A stretch of DNA of 63,949 bases, the filler included, from Lenisia limosa (Eukaryota; Protista; Breviatea): the NCBI GenBank assembly GCA_001655205.1. It is 21 parts of 21 records of this genome, joined end to end, with 100 filler letters (N's around TTAATTAATTAA, not from the genome) between each part and the next. Parts side by side here need not be neighbours in the genome. Positions count along the whole stretch, not along the records: positions 35,919 to 38,933 come from LPNZ01009029.1; positions 39,034 to 40,306 come from LPNZ01001561.1; positions 40,407 to 42,426 come from LPNZ01000088.1; positions 42,527 to 43,609 come from LPNZ01003699.1; positions 43,710 to 45,084 come from LPNZ01008014.1; positions 45,185 to 47,592 come from LPNZ01006607.1; positions 47,693 to 49,624 come from LPNZ01002516.1; positions 49,725 to 52,123 come from LPNZ01010406.1; 13 more parts are not named here. One strand, written 5' to 3'. The notes under the pieces were generated by a model. The model ran no database searches. It worked only from the letters and a program-made list of their open reading frames with translations, and was not told where the DNA came from. This document shows positions 37,786 through 50,433 of the stretch, piece after piece (the stretch's first letter is position 1; each line of letters begins with the position of its first letter). Both the position numbers and the translations under genes were made by a program.

Positions 37786-39384
37786 AAGAGGAGTAAACTC
37801 CCTGTGAAAGAGTAAGTTCGCTGGATATACGTGACTCAAGGCTTACGAAGGAACATAGTGAATGAAAAAAATGAACGCACTCAAAACAATCTAGTTAGTG
37901 ACAATGTCAGATTACAGTTTATTTCCCTTTAATATGAGGCTTTAAATACGAAAAGATACTTTTTTTTCAAAATTTTCAATATGAAACAATCCGGCGCCGG
38001 GGCAATATTTGAACCTCTAACCACTCCCCCCAGCTCTCTTCCCAAGGCTGTGTAATTTGAAATGGATATAAAAATTGTATTGATTTTCTTCGACAAATAA
38101 TTGAAAATCGTGAAAATTTTTGTGATCACATTCCACACTCTCTTTTGCTCCTTTCATTAAATCTTGGCATCTTACGTCCACCATGCCCCGTCCGTCAGGT
38201 GCATGTTTATCATGCAAAAAATTGAAACTGAAATGCTCGTAAGCTCAGACTTTTCTTTGATTTCTCGTTGTTTTTTTTATTTATTTATTGAATTCTTGAA
38301 CTGTTCTTAAGTGTTGAAATGTACAGTCATAATTTTAGGGGTCCTCCCGTATGTGATCGATGTGAGTCAAAAGGAAAAGGTGATGAGGTTTTATTGTAAC
38401 CCACTTAGAATGTGTATTTACCCAGAAAGTACTGTCAGTGTATAACCAGAAACAGAAACAGCCGATATTGCGTAGCAAGTGAGCTGAACGCGTTTAAAAT
38501 TTCACATCACTCTACAGACAGACAATCCAGCTCCAAGGACAGAATTCGGCCAACAACAGACTTCAACTTGCTTCTCTTAAATTCCAACATTTCAGTTTGA
38601 ACCACTGTTGTTTTATGCTTAGGCCTGTGTGAAATATTCAATCGAATTCTTTACGGCTTTGAAGTGAACATCCAAGAGCTTGTCAAACCAACTTCTTTCG
38701 TATTGTTGAATCTCTAATTTAGGGCGATTTGTTCTTGTCATATGTAATGTCCTATGGAGGAATGCGGTTCTTTTCATGTCAAAATGAGGCACAAACGTTT
38801 GTTGACTCGTATTATATTGTATTATTTCAACACCATAATTATTTCATAGGATGCTCCGAGCTGCGTTTTCTTTCCTTGAGGTACTGACAAAGTCTATTTT
38901 CCCACACTTACAACTCTTGCTTGATGTAACAATNNNNNNNNNNNNNNNNNNNNNNNNNNNNNNNNNNNNNNNNNNNNTTAATTAATTAANNNNNNNNNNN
39001 NNNNNNNNNNNNNNNNNNNNNNNNNNNNNNNNNAACCTGTATAAAAAACGACAGTGTGCGAGACGAAGAGTTCCGAACCGAAATCCGCCGCCGCTGAGCC
39101 AGGCCCTCAAATCGGATCTGCCAAGGGTCACGTTTTGGTTTTGGGTTATAATACCTAATTAAAGACCGTCTCTTACTTTGAAAACAAAATTAATGGGTGA
39201 CCAGTAACAAAAGTTTGAATATATTATCCTTATGTTTGTTTTGTTTGTATTCTTAGATGGTAAAATATAGTGTGTTTTCAATTGTTTGCCAAATTCTATT
39301 GCCACATTTCACAGTCATCAAATTTCATGAAAATTCCCAAAAAAAAACCCAAGACATGACATAACCCATAGTCCCCATCACACC

Positions 39385-40007
39385 TCTTTTGATGAGTCGA
39401 AAGCCAGTTTTGAACCAGAACCGCCATTGTTCATTTCAGCCTGACACGCGGACTTGTCTTTGAGAATGGTGGCGAGGCCGGCTTCGAGTATCGCGTTCTG
39501 AATGTACGGTTGCTCCTTAATCCCAATGTCGCTCTTGGGAATATCTAGGGTGTGATTGAACTTTAAACAAAAATTTTGTATCTATTGACATTAAAAGTAT
39601 CACTATGTCTCTTGGGAATATCTGGGGTGCCATTTGTTTGTACGGAATACTAGACAATAAAACATAGGATATACTACAACTATGATATGTAAAATATCAC
39701 TAAGATAGAATGTACGGCTGCTCCTGATCCCAATGTAACTCTTCGAAAAACTAGGGTGTAATGCACTTGTACGGAATACTGCCACCATCACCTCCACCCG
39801 CCATATTAAGGCTCCACTTCGGTTTGAAAAAGACTGGTAAAATATCGATAGTTTTCTATGATTCATCAATAAACCCTGTCTTTGCTTCGAACAGAAGTGA
39901 AGCACTAATTAACATGTACCATATTTAGCAATGTATAAACACCCACCCCTGTTGGCACCATTCAACACCGCCTTGAGCTGCTGGAGCTGATTTTTCGATT
40001 CTGGTTT
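39385..40007 (-). CDS. Two probable exons of an unknown protein
   Basis: 39947-40007 follows a family C tail + CCCCAG and ends at GTGGGT. ~39385-39498 reads NAILEAGLATILKDKSACQAEMNNGGSG. Phase linkage not resolved. Confidence 0.4.
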
Positions 40008-43000
40008 CTGGGGGGGAGGGGGGAGTAAAATGGAAATTTACGAAACAAAAAAAACCCAAAATCAACTCTGTTGGATGCCAACAAGGGCTGATAACAAACT
40101 TTATCCGCTGTCCCATCATCTCCCCCTCCCTCCCCACTATCACCACTAATACCTAGAGCTTCACTTCAGTTCGAAAAAAAGAGTAATATCTTAACATCAT
40201 GATAATGCGGCATCCATCCACTTAACGGTTGCTATTGAATCCCAATGTGCTTGTACAGAATACTACCATTAACATAACCCTTCTCCGCTCGATAACAACA
40301 CACCTCNNNNNNNNNNNNNNNNNNNNNNNNNNNNNNNNNNNNNNNNNNNNTTAATTAATTAANNNNNNNNNNNNNNNNNNNNNNNNNNNNNNNNNNNNNN
40401 NNNNNNCAGAGTTCTTTCTTCCACTTACTTGGAGTCCTTCCATGCACACCTTCGCTACCTCACTGCGACAACATCCTGTACGTCGCTGGACTGTCTCAAG
40501 TCAAGAAGCGCGATTGCTAAGGCGAGATACAATCTCTCTCGTTTAGAGACTTCAAAAGGGCTGGCTGTCAAGGTACCTGCGGGATTTGTCCAGCAAGACA
40601 AAGCCATTCGTAATAAAGAGGGCTGAGAGGCAAGTGAAAATCTCAACTTATATAAAAAGGGGGGTTGAAGAAAAAAAAATGGACAAAAGGCAATGAACTG
40701 AACTCTGCAGCATTGGCTATTGTTCATTTACGGGATTCATCAATTGCACACAAGTTACCTCTCATATCTAGAGCATTATCAGATGAGCATGGTGAAATCA
40801 TCAGTGATGCTGTGATGTCAGTTTCTATGACTGGTGCAGCTTCAGTGAGATTCTTTGTTTTAAATGGTGGTGAAGATGTTGCTGTGATTGTGATACAGCC
40901 TGGTCAGGTTAGCTTCATGTTTTTTTTTGCTCATATACCAGGTAATTGNNNNNNNNNNAGCAGATCGAGCTCGTAATGTAGAAGTTAACAGAGGTGGCAT
41001 TCTTGCACCTTCTACAATGACACTTACAAAGCTTGAGAAAAAACAAAAGAAAAAAAGTAACTTGTTGTAAACATCTATTATTACCCTTGATAACAGTTGA
41101 CTGTGTTGATGAAATGGTATTATTTTGAGGAGGTAAATTTATTTTTTGTTTAAAAGTGTGTGCATGTAATTTAAACAAACTAAAACTGTATTTGGGCTAA
41201 GTACTGGATCAAAAACAAAGAATGAGCTAAAAACTCGAAAAAAAAATAAGCAACGGGAAAGGGGAATAAACAACGAAATTTCTGCGCCTGAACATATGAT
41301 ATACTATATATATATATATAATTTTTATATTATTATTACCCTTTGTTATATTAATTTCTCCAGACAATCTCGTCCAGTTCCACGATTCACTGAATCCCAC
41401 GCACTTCCCGAGCCAAGAAGAAATTACACCAGTACATTTACCTGAGATATAATATATGAAGAATATATATACACATTATCTATTATACGGTAGGTGAGCA
41501 TTGGGATTTGGAAGGCGGATGGAGTCCCGTTTTCTCATTGTGCCTTGAGAGTAAGGTAATCTAAAAGCAATAGCATTTTACTGAGAGATTATCATTACTA
41601 ATGCGTAAACCCCAAAAAAAATCATGAAATATTATTATAGTATCCTATGAATACTATATAATATACTATGCATGTTTCATATCAAATCAACATGCATAAA
41701 AATATATCATGTACTAGATGAGAAATAAAAATTGGTGGTCTCTGGCCAAAGCCGTTTAAAGCAGGGGTCTGCTTAATTATTCTTAACTGTTGTTCTGGGG
41801 CGGACAAATATATAATTTTGAGTATAATCGTTTCCGTGAGATTATTAGCGGAATTCCTATATAGGACACAGTAATGTCTCTGTTTTACACCTCTTTGTGA
41901 AATTATCATCTAAATTAATGAAATTTAGCACTTTCTATAGGTGATTTTAGACTTGAAAACTATGCGATTTGACCTATAGTTCAGGAAAAGTTAATACCTT
42001 GAAAAGAACATTATCCATTTCTCTTGGAGTTGATCAAAAAAGTGCATATTTCTTGCAATGTTCCATGGAAAAGCGGGCAAAATTAAATTTAAACAGACTA
42101 CCACTTTAAACCATCACGCTTATTTTACCTACCATTCATGGCGATTGAGACAGTGAGGGACTGACGCATCACTCACGGTATTGCATGCAAGCCACCCGGT
42201 TCTGACTTACTTGAATCTTGACGACGTTAAAAGAACTACAAATAATACATACTGAAAGTACATACCTCTAGCAGTGAAAATATAATAAGAAGAACCTTTA
42301 TAAGCAAATGTTATAATCATCCCAACTAACCATACATATATATGCTACCGCGCAGAATTCCCGTAAATTATCCGTATTTCCGTAAATTATTATTTTCTCC
42401 ACTTTAACCCGGCTATTTCAACAAAANNNNNNNNNNNNNNNNNNNNNNNNNNNNNNNNNNNNNNNNNNNNTTAATTAATTAANNNNNNNNNNNNNNNNNN
42501 NNNNNNNNNNNNNNNNNNNNNNNNNNCGAAAGGGGTGGGGGTAAATCCCTGTCTTTCAACTACCTCACGAAAGCCCTCTATACAACCATGGGAATAATTA
42601 ATAACCATTTAAAAAGAGTAGAGCATACCAAAAGTTTTTCATCCTGGTATTTCAGGGCTTGAAGCAGCGCAATGAATTGATCCTCCCATAACGAAAAAGG
42701 GGGAAACTCCGGATGACTTGCAGAAGTGAAAGTACTTGACCTCGGCCTCTTAAATTGTTAAATAAAGGACTGGAGGGGAAAGAAAGAGGCTTACTCGTTT
42801 AGATTCACTCATGATTGACGACTCTAGAATCCTTTCAAAAGTTACATTCCTTCCTAAATACAAGTGCTTCAAAAATCTGAACGAATCTACAAGCCTCTTC
42901 GCCTCTTCAAGGCTTTTTGGGTGTTCTCTAGTTGTTCTACAACACAGTATTATATATCGAAAAATATCGATAAATATCGGGACTATCTCATTTCCAGGAA

Positions 43001-44054
43001 TGTTGCCTCATTCCATCCCTTTCCCTCTTTTCCACAATCCCTTACGTCCATATAACCCCTTAGGAGCAAGCAGGACAGGCGAAGGGAGCAGGAATTGAGA
43101 AGATGAACAGGAGGCGGCCAATTGAGGTTTGTTTCCTCCCACGTTTCATATTATTGCCTTTTCAACCCGATAGAAAAAGTGGGGCATTGGGTTGTTGATG
43201 AATCTTTCCCACAGCAATAAGCGTAGCAAAACTGATCAGATCTGACCTTCCCTTCTTACTTCATTTGAAGTATATTTAAACACACAAGTAACCAAACTGC
43301 CCATATGTACTCATATATCACACCCTCATTTATTTTCTTATTATGGATTGATTTGTGTTTGCTTTTTATTTCCTCAAAGACGAAATTTCTCGATTATTAT
43401 CCCTCATAAATAATGATATTACATCTTTCTTTTGGATTTAGGAGAGAGGGGATGCAATTATCTTCCTTGAGAGGGAGAGAGAGAAAGAGAGAGAGAGGCG
43501 GTAATAACCCAAACCGTGGAATAATTAGCGTATTGAAGGAAGATTCCAGCTTCTCTCCTATGTATTCTTTGACCTCTCTTTTATATTTTATATCAAGAAT
43601 ATTAGGGCTNNNNNNNNNNNNNNNNNNNNNNNNNNNNNNNNNNNNNNNNNNNNTTAATTAATTAANNNNNNNNNNNNNNNNNNNNNNNNNNNNNNNNNNN
43701 NNNNNNNNNTTTCTGAAGTCCATGGTCTCAATAGACCCAAACTCCAAACAAATGGTCTCGCATTATCTCAAGTAAGGGGATGTAAATGGGTGGCAAATGT
43801 ATTATGTAGGGGGCTTCCCTACGGTTTTTTTAAAAGACTAAATTCCCGATCAATATTTCAACGGTCTTTTTCGGACCGTAGGGAAGCCCTAATTATTTTG
43901 TGATAGCGATATTTCACCTTGGGGACTAAATTGGGTATTATGGAAATTAATGAGCTTAGTGTTGTCTAATCCTCCATACTATAATACATATTACACTCCC
44001 TCCCCCCAGTATTTTTGTATTTTTTGTATTTTTTGTATTTTTGTGTTTTTGTAT

Positions 44055-44190
44055 TTTTGTCATCTGGTCTTTGTCTGTGGTTTCTCGTGTTTGTTATTGC
44101 TTGTTTTTGTTTGTTGGAGTTTCAGATTATTCGATTCGTGATTAGTACCTTTACGCCACTATTCTTCATCGAAATTTCCTTCGTTTTACT
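44055..44190 (+). repeat. Intron-associated repeat family F (TGTCATCTGG...TTATTGCTTG...GAGTTTCAGATTATTCG...TAGTACCTTTACGCCA...ATCGAAATTTCCTTCGTTTTAC)
   Basis: Near-identical to 60131-60270. Inverted copies at 22497-22625 and 25640-25688; short copies at 20128-20171 and 57075-57113. Confidence 0.85.
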
Positions 44191-45607
44191 NNNNNNNNNN
44201 NNNNNNNNNNNNNNNNNNNNNNNNNNNNNNNNNNNNNNNNNNNNNNNNNNNNNNNNNNNNNNNNNNNNNNNNNNNNNNNNNNNNNNNNNNNNNNNNNNNN
44301 NNNNNNNNNNNNNNNNNNNNNNNNNNNNNNNNNNNNNNNNNNAGGGGTGTATATGCATAAGTCTTCACATGTTTTCCTTGGTAAATCACCTACAAATCGG
44401 ACAAGACTCCCGGTCACTGGATCTGGTTCTACTCTTCATGAGTTTCGGTATCACTGTTTTTTATTTAAAATTATGTTAATGTGAAATGAAGAGAGGTAAT
44501 GTCGCTTGTGCTGTATACGGTATGTCATTATTTGCCTGTTGGCTGGTCAGTCTGGGGGGGAGGGGGGAGGAGGAATGGTGGATTGTCNNNNNNNNNNNNN
44601 NNNNNNNNNNNNNNNNNNNNNNNNNNNNNNNNNNNNNNNNNNNNNNNNNNNNNNNNNNNNNNNNNNNNNNNNNNNNNNNNNNNNNNNNNNNNNNNNNNNN
44701 NNNNNNNNNCCGATTGCAATATGTCTATAACCCCCCCTCCCCTACAGTAAGACGAAACAGCCCTCAACACCCCTCTGGAAGGCCAAGCAAGCAGCGATGA
44801 TGGCTAAATTCTCGGCTGATCAAAAAGCCTTCGCTCTGGAAATGTGGGGATGGGTGCTGTATCCCTGTTAAGACCTAATGTTTTCTTCTTGTTATTCTGT
44901 TTGCTGGTATAGTGCCAAGATTGCACGTTAATTAATGAAAGCAAATCCATCGAATAAATACAGACATGGGATACTTTAAACCATCAAACAAAATGTACAC
45001 AGATCCAAGTTTCACCCAAAACTGACCCATTTAGGGACACGGTATCCGACATTAGTGATGATGCAGTGGGGGGGGGGGGGGGGGNNNNNNNNNNNNNNNN
45101 NNNNNNNNNNNNNNNNNNNNNNNNNNNNTTAATTAATTAANNNNNNNNNNNNNNNNNNNNNNNNNNNNNNNNNNNNNNNNNNNNCACCACCCCCCTTTAG
45201 CAATTTTCCATTTTGACACTATCCAGTATTCAGTCTTTGGTATTACTAAACGAAATGACACTTGAACTCCCTAACCTCCTTTTTACTAAATGTTGTTTTT
45301 TAGAAATACATTTATTGTTCTTTCAAAACCTTACCTCATCCGGAGTGTGCAGCAAGTTGTCGTCGCCAATTACGAATCGACGATTGCTAAACATGTCAAT
45401 ATTCTGAAAAATACGAATTTCGGAAAGAAAAAGCTCGGTAAACTATTAACATATATCGATAATTTATCGCAATATATCAGTGATTTGGAGTTTTAAATGT
45501 ATGATAAATAAGATTTCCTAATACTATCCAGTTTAGTTTACAGATAGCTTTATATATAGCTTCTAATACATGTTCGATTACATATCAAATAGTATTTCTT
45601 TCTTGCA

Positions 45608-45737
45608 GGGCCCGTGCATTAATTGAAAAAAATAATTGAAAATTTTGAAGTAAAACCTATTATCATAGACATTTCAGCCACTTCCATTCCAAATTTTGTC
45701 AAATATTATCATTCATAAAATTAATTGCACGGAGGCA
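45608..45737. mobile_element. MITE family G copy (GGGC[T/C]CCGTGCA...TGCACGGAG TIR, ~130 bp)
   Basis: Related full copy at 50928-51062; right end only at ~63045-63068. Confidence 0.7.
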
Positions 45738-45789
45738 CACTTTTTCAGAACATCCCACAAACAAATAGCCTAATGCGCAGTCACAGGAA

Positions 45790-47070
45790 AATTTAGTTGT
45801 GACAACCGTGACCTTGCCAAGTGCTCCTTTGGACACCATATTGACCAGCGTGTTCAAGAGGAGCTGGAGGAGGGGGGATAAAATGGAAAATTGATTACAA
45901 AAAAGAAGAAAAACACAAAATCAACTCTGTTCGCTAACACACGAGGGTTGATAACAACAAAACANNNNNNNNNNNNNNNNNNNNNNNNNNNNNNNNNNNN
46001 NNNNNNNNNNNNNNNNNNNNNNNNNNNNNNNNNNNNNNNNNNNNNNNNNNNNNNNNNGTCCTGAGCAAACAAACAAAAAAGAGACCCACATTTGCATGAT
46101 AAATGTACTTCTTCTTCAGTTTCTGCGGTTCATTGTCCTTCTAAATCATTATTCTTTAGTGATGAATAATGTGTTTTTACGGTATCCCTATGTGTTGTTT
46201 CTTTCCCTAGTTGTAATTCTATATATTTCTTATTCAAAAACGTACATATGATTCAATAATAAGTATGATGATATTGATTGTAAGGTAGTAACCCCCCAAC
46301 AGAAGACAGGCGTTCCCAGGCTTGGATGGCTTTTTCGATATCTGGGCAATGTCTGCGCATAACCTGTTTTGGCGTGAAATGGCGTAGTAATATGGAAATA
46401 TGATAATTTTGGAGCAAATTTGGATGGAAAGAGATAAAGCGTGATAAAGGTGGTATTTGCGAGTTAGTGAAAGTACAAAAATCCACGTTACATATACATA
46501 AGTTTTCCTGAAACCCCTCTAACAGCAAGCGGGAAAACCGTCAGAGGGTACTTGGCAAGCTGGGTGAACTCGAAAGCGTTCATCTTGGAGGCTTGGTAAA
46601 TAGTCACAGAGTCTTCCACTAGGACCAAACGGGGGGATGTGACAAGGCCGCTGCGGGTGGATTAATAAATAATGTGTCTAGGTGTGTGCAATATGTCCGG
46701 GGTTATTTAAATTTTGCTTATGTCTATGATTTCTTTTAATAAAAATATTTATATTCGTATTATCTAGAGTGACTGGGATAAGTCTTGACCGATTGTCTTG
46801 GAAATCCGTTGCAAATCGGTCATAACTTACTTATCCCGGTCACTGAATAAACATTTATATGTGAGTGTGTGGAGGGTGCCCATTACATCATTCCGTTACA
46901 ATGAAAGAAACTATCATCATCCCACTACACCACCATGAAACATCATCATCAAATCTCCCCACAAAGTCTTGGCGAAACGCGTCATGAATGCAGGCATGTC
47001 GTCGTAGTCAGCATGGGTGGTGACAAGGTCGTCTCTCTCGGTCGGGGGGAAAAGCTGGATAACAGATATT
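45790..47070 (-). CDS. Multi-exon gene of unknown function (partial)
   Basis: Exons starting at 47070 (ISVIQLFPPTERDDLVTTHADYDDMPAFMTRFAKT), ~46620 (VEDSVTIYQASKMNAFEFTQLAKYPLTVFPLA), ~46355 and 45863 (LLLNTLVNMVSKGALGK). Two acceptors lie directly after family C tails. Confidence 0.55.
46767..46845. mobile_element. MITE family B copy
   Basis: GAGTGACTGGGATAAGTCTTGACCGATT...AAATCGGTCATAACTTACTTATCCCGGTCACTG. Confidence 0.8.
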
Positions 47071-47221
47071 CTGAGGGAAGTAAAATTGGAAAATTGATGA
47101 AACAAAAAGAATACTAAAAAAAGCCGAAAATCAATTCTGTTTGCTAATAGCGTCCACGCCAGTCGCTTATGAAGCACCGCATTAAATTAATATATTATAT
47201 ATTAACTATATATCATATAGG

Positions 47222-47592
47222 TTGGTGTTTAAAACCGCGAACATGCTCACCCCTACTACTCTCGATATCTTGGCTGAGGAGAACATAATCCTCTTCCTTC
47301 TCCCTTCCCACACTTCTCACGGCACCCAACCACTCGATCTTGTCACCTTCGGGGCGTTCAAGTCAAAATTGTCTTCAATTCTTGACCGCATCTCAAAGCC
47401 CATTGAAACAAGCAACAAGTCCCTTGGCCTTCGAGTGTTACTTCTTGCTGCCGGACTCTCGGCACTTTCCCAAGCCCTTGATCCTCTTTCCGTTCAAAGC
47501 GCTTTTGAACGTGCTGGTATCTTTGGGAATGTACTCACTTCAGACGAACCCAAGATTGAGATCCGTCCTTCTGTCCTACTCCGTCGCTGTCT
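47222..47592 (+). mobile_element. pogo/Fot1-type DDE_1 transposase C-terminal fragment (open frame, truncated by scaffold end)
   Basis: NIILFLLPSHTSHGTQPLDLVTFGAFKS...VQSAFERAGI matches the pogo signature LP.HTSH.LQPLD...F..LK...I...F...GI. Confidence 0.85.
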
Positions 47593-49144
47593 NNNNNNNN
47601 NNNNNNNNNNNNNNNNNNNNNNNNNNNNNNNNNNNNTTAATTAATTAANNNNNNNNNNNNNNNNNNNNNNNNNNNNNNNNNNNNNNNNNNNNCCGCATCC
47701 CATCACTCGGGGGGGGGGCAACCCAAATCAACTCTTTTGGACAAGCATATAGGAAACACAGGAGTGTTTTCGAAAAAGAACATTGAGAAGAGGAAGGATA
47801 TACTAATTATTGTTTTTTTTTTGTTTTTTTTTTTCAATGTGTTAACTGTAATTTCTAACGCAATGATATTATCCCTCAAATCCACTCGTTTTAAAAAAAG
47901 CCTCAACCAAGATCGTATCAGAGAGCTTTGTATTCTCACAAAGGCTGAGAATGATCAAAAAAAGGTTGTCAAAAATGAGCATCAGCAACAGTCACTGACT
48001 AGGAAAACCAACTGAAAACCATTCTTCTTAGGCATAAAGCAATAACTAAGGTGTTTTATGGAAGGGAAGGAAGGTGGTGAGAACTAGATGGGAAATAAAG
48101 AGTACACCAGAAGGCAAACTCAAGACCACTGCTCCCTCCTTGGCTATCTCGCTTCTTAATAGCTTTAAGCCGTTTAATGATCGTTAAACAAGAGCTCAAG
48201 AGCGCTCACCTGGCTAAATTACACGAAGCACAGCGGTATCATATTGCGTTGTAACGGACGGAGACTTCTTTGATGTAAAGTAAACTATTGACTATCCTAC
48301 ACCTGTATATAGCAATATGATCAAAGAATACACCCAGATGAAAAAGAAAGAAGGAAAGAAACAATTAAAAAATGACAAATAGTGAGTGATCTTAAGATCT
48401 GTTTTTTGTGTTTCTTCTTTTTTATTTTACCAGCTAAACCGGAAGACGTAGTAGGGAGTGTAAGGAGATGAGAAATAAAGGAGCTAAAGAGTATCTAACC
48501 TTGATCTGACCGAAGCCGTCCAGACCATAACACCATCACGCTCGTAAAGCAACTCGTATTAGACTATTATGAAAGTTGTAATTTTGACAAACTGTTTATT
48601 GAAATTGTTTTGATCTGATGTGTAATATTCCCTCGGTAGAATACGTGCGAATTGTACCATAAGACTGCACTATTACAACCACAACTTCCCCAGCACTCTG
48701 AAGATTCAAATAATGACGAATAGAAAACGCGGGTGATAAAATACAAGCATATATATTGGACCTTAGAATTACAGACTTATTTTTCCTCGGATGACATCTC
48801 GGAAATGTCTAAAACGTTACAGAAGATGATGCGAAGGGTAAACGAGTTTTTACAGTATTTNNNNNNNNNNNNNNNNNNNNNNNNNNNNNNNNNNNNNNNN
48901 NNNNNNNNNNNNNNNNNNNNNNNNNNNNNNNATATTTATCAATATTATATTGATATTTTATCGATATTTCATCGATAAATCCGGTCTTTTCGGGAGCGTA
49001 GGGAAACCCTACCTTGAAATATACAGAGATGAGAAATAAAACAAGGTTGTATCTGACCGACATCACGCTTGTAATAATTCACCCAATCATTTGCCTTTCA
49101 AATCGATTCTTTTCCTAATAACATGTAAAACACCCGCATACCCG

Positions 49145-49395
49145 GGGAATAGGATGACGCTGATACGCCGTTTGTGACACTAGCGGCCGGGGAGGGCGTA
49201 TCTAAATATGGTAAATTGTGTCTAAATATGGTAAGTTATGTATAAATACGGTAAGTAATACCTAAATATGGTAGGTAATCTAAATAGTAAGTGTAGATTA
49301 CCCCACCCCCACAGCTGTCGGAATAAGAGCCGGAAGCAGAAGAAGGGCTGAAGTCGGACGAGTCGCTATAGTCACTGAAACTGTCCGATTCGGAA
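49145..49395 (-). CDS. Two probable exons of an unknown Ser/Asp-rich protein
   Basis: 49395-49313 (SESDSFSDYSDSSDFSPSSASGSYSDS) follows a family C tail + CCGCAG and ends at GTGGGG. It is phase-compatible with the next exon LSQTAYQRHPIPR. Confidence 0.5.
49201..49296. repeat. ~20-bp imperfect tandem repeat x5 inside an intron
   Basis: Unit (T/C)CTAAATATGGTAAGT.... Confidence 0.8.
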
Positions 49396-50433
49396 CTGCG
49401 GAGTAAAATTGGAAAAGTCAAATTGGAAAAGTCAAATTGGAAAAGTAAAATTGGAAAAGTAAAATTGGGAATTTATGAAACAAAAAAAAGCCCAAAATCA
49501 ACTCTGTTGGCCCGAAGGTAATGGCATTTACCACCAACTGCAACTATTTTAATACCCCTCCATTATACCCCCAACCTTGAAACGGGGCGTCGGCGTAGCG
49601 CCTCCTGTTTGCGGCTGTGCGCTCNNNNNNNNNNNNNNNNNNNNNNNNNNNNNNNNNNNNNNNNNNNNTTAATTAATTAANNNNNNNNNNNNNNNNNNNN
49701 NNNNNNNNNNNNNNNNNNNNNNNNTTTGCTCGGATTGTATGAGGATGTTCTTTGGGTCACAGCACCTTAACCCCCCATTATATCGTATACTATAACTTGG
49801 AATTCACTTCGATTCAAAAAAGACCGATGATAGTTTTCGAGGATTTATCAATAAATTTAGTCTTTTTTTTGGACCGGAGTGAAGCCGTATATATAACCCC
49901 TTACGCCGCCATAGCAAACGGCCGCGGAGGTTCCTTCGAAATTCGGCATTCCGACATAGTGGAGCTAGACGACATTATGGGCCCCGCGACGGCCGGAAAA
50001 GAAACCGGTACGGAGGGGTATTTATATGGAGGTATCGTATTACTATTTGGTGATGGCGTGGAGGATGCAACCTTATGTTGTTTTTCATCTCTAATAATAA
50101 AACCTAACATGAAATACTCCATAGTCCATTACATTTGTGGGCACGGAAGTATGGTAATTTGTTTATGGTATCCTTATGTATCCATTGATGGTGTGGACGG
50201 CTTCGGTCAGATACAACATTATTTTTTATTTCTCATTGCTATATATACCTAATATATATTATATACATATGATATATGATATGATATATATATACTATAT
50301 AAACAGTATGATGGTGACCGATTTTCGTGTTTCACATTCTCCTTTGTCACCCCCCATTATTATCGAAATTTCCCAATTCTTCCATTTACCTCAGAGTTTG
50401 TATCAGATATTCCAATTTTACCCCCCTCAACAG

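Noticed and set aside
40407-40910. Mutator-type ESFH motif (YLESFHAHLR) and an AlkB-like VMSVSMTG segment
   Set aside because: Single short motifs without supporting context; cannot be called without a profile search.
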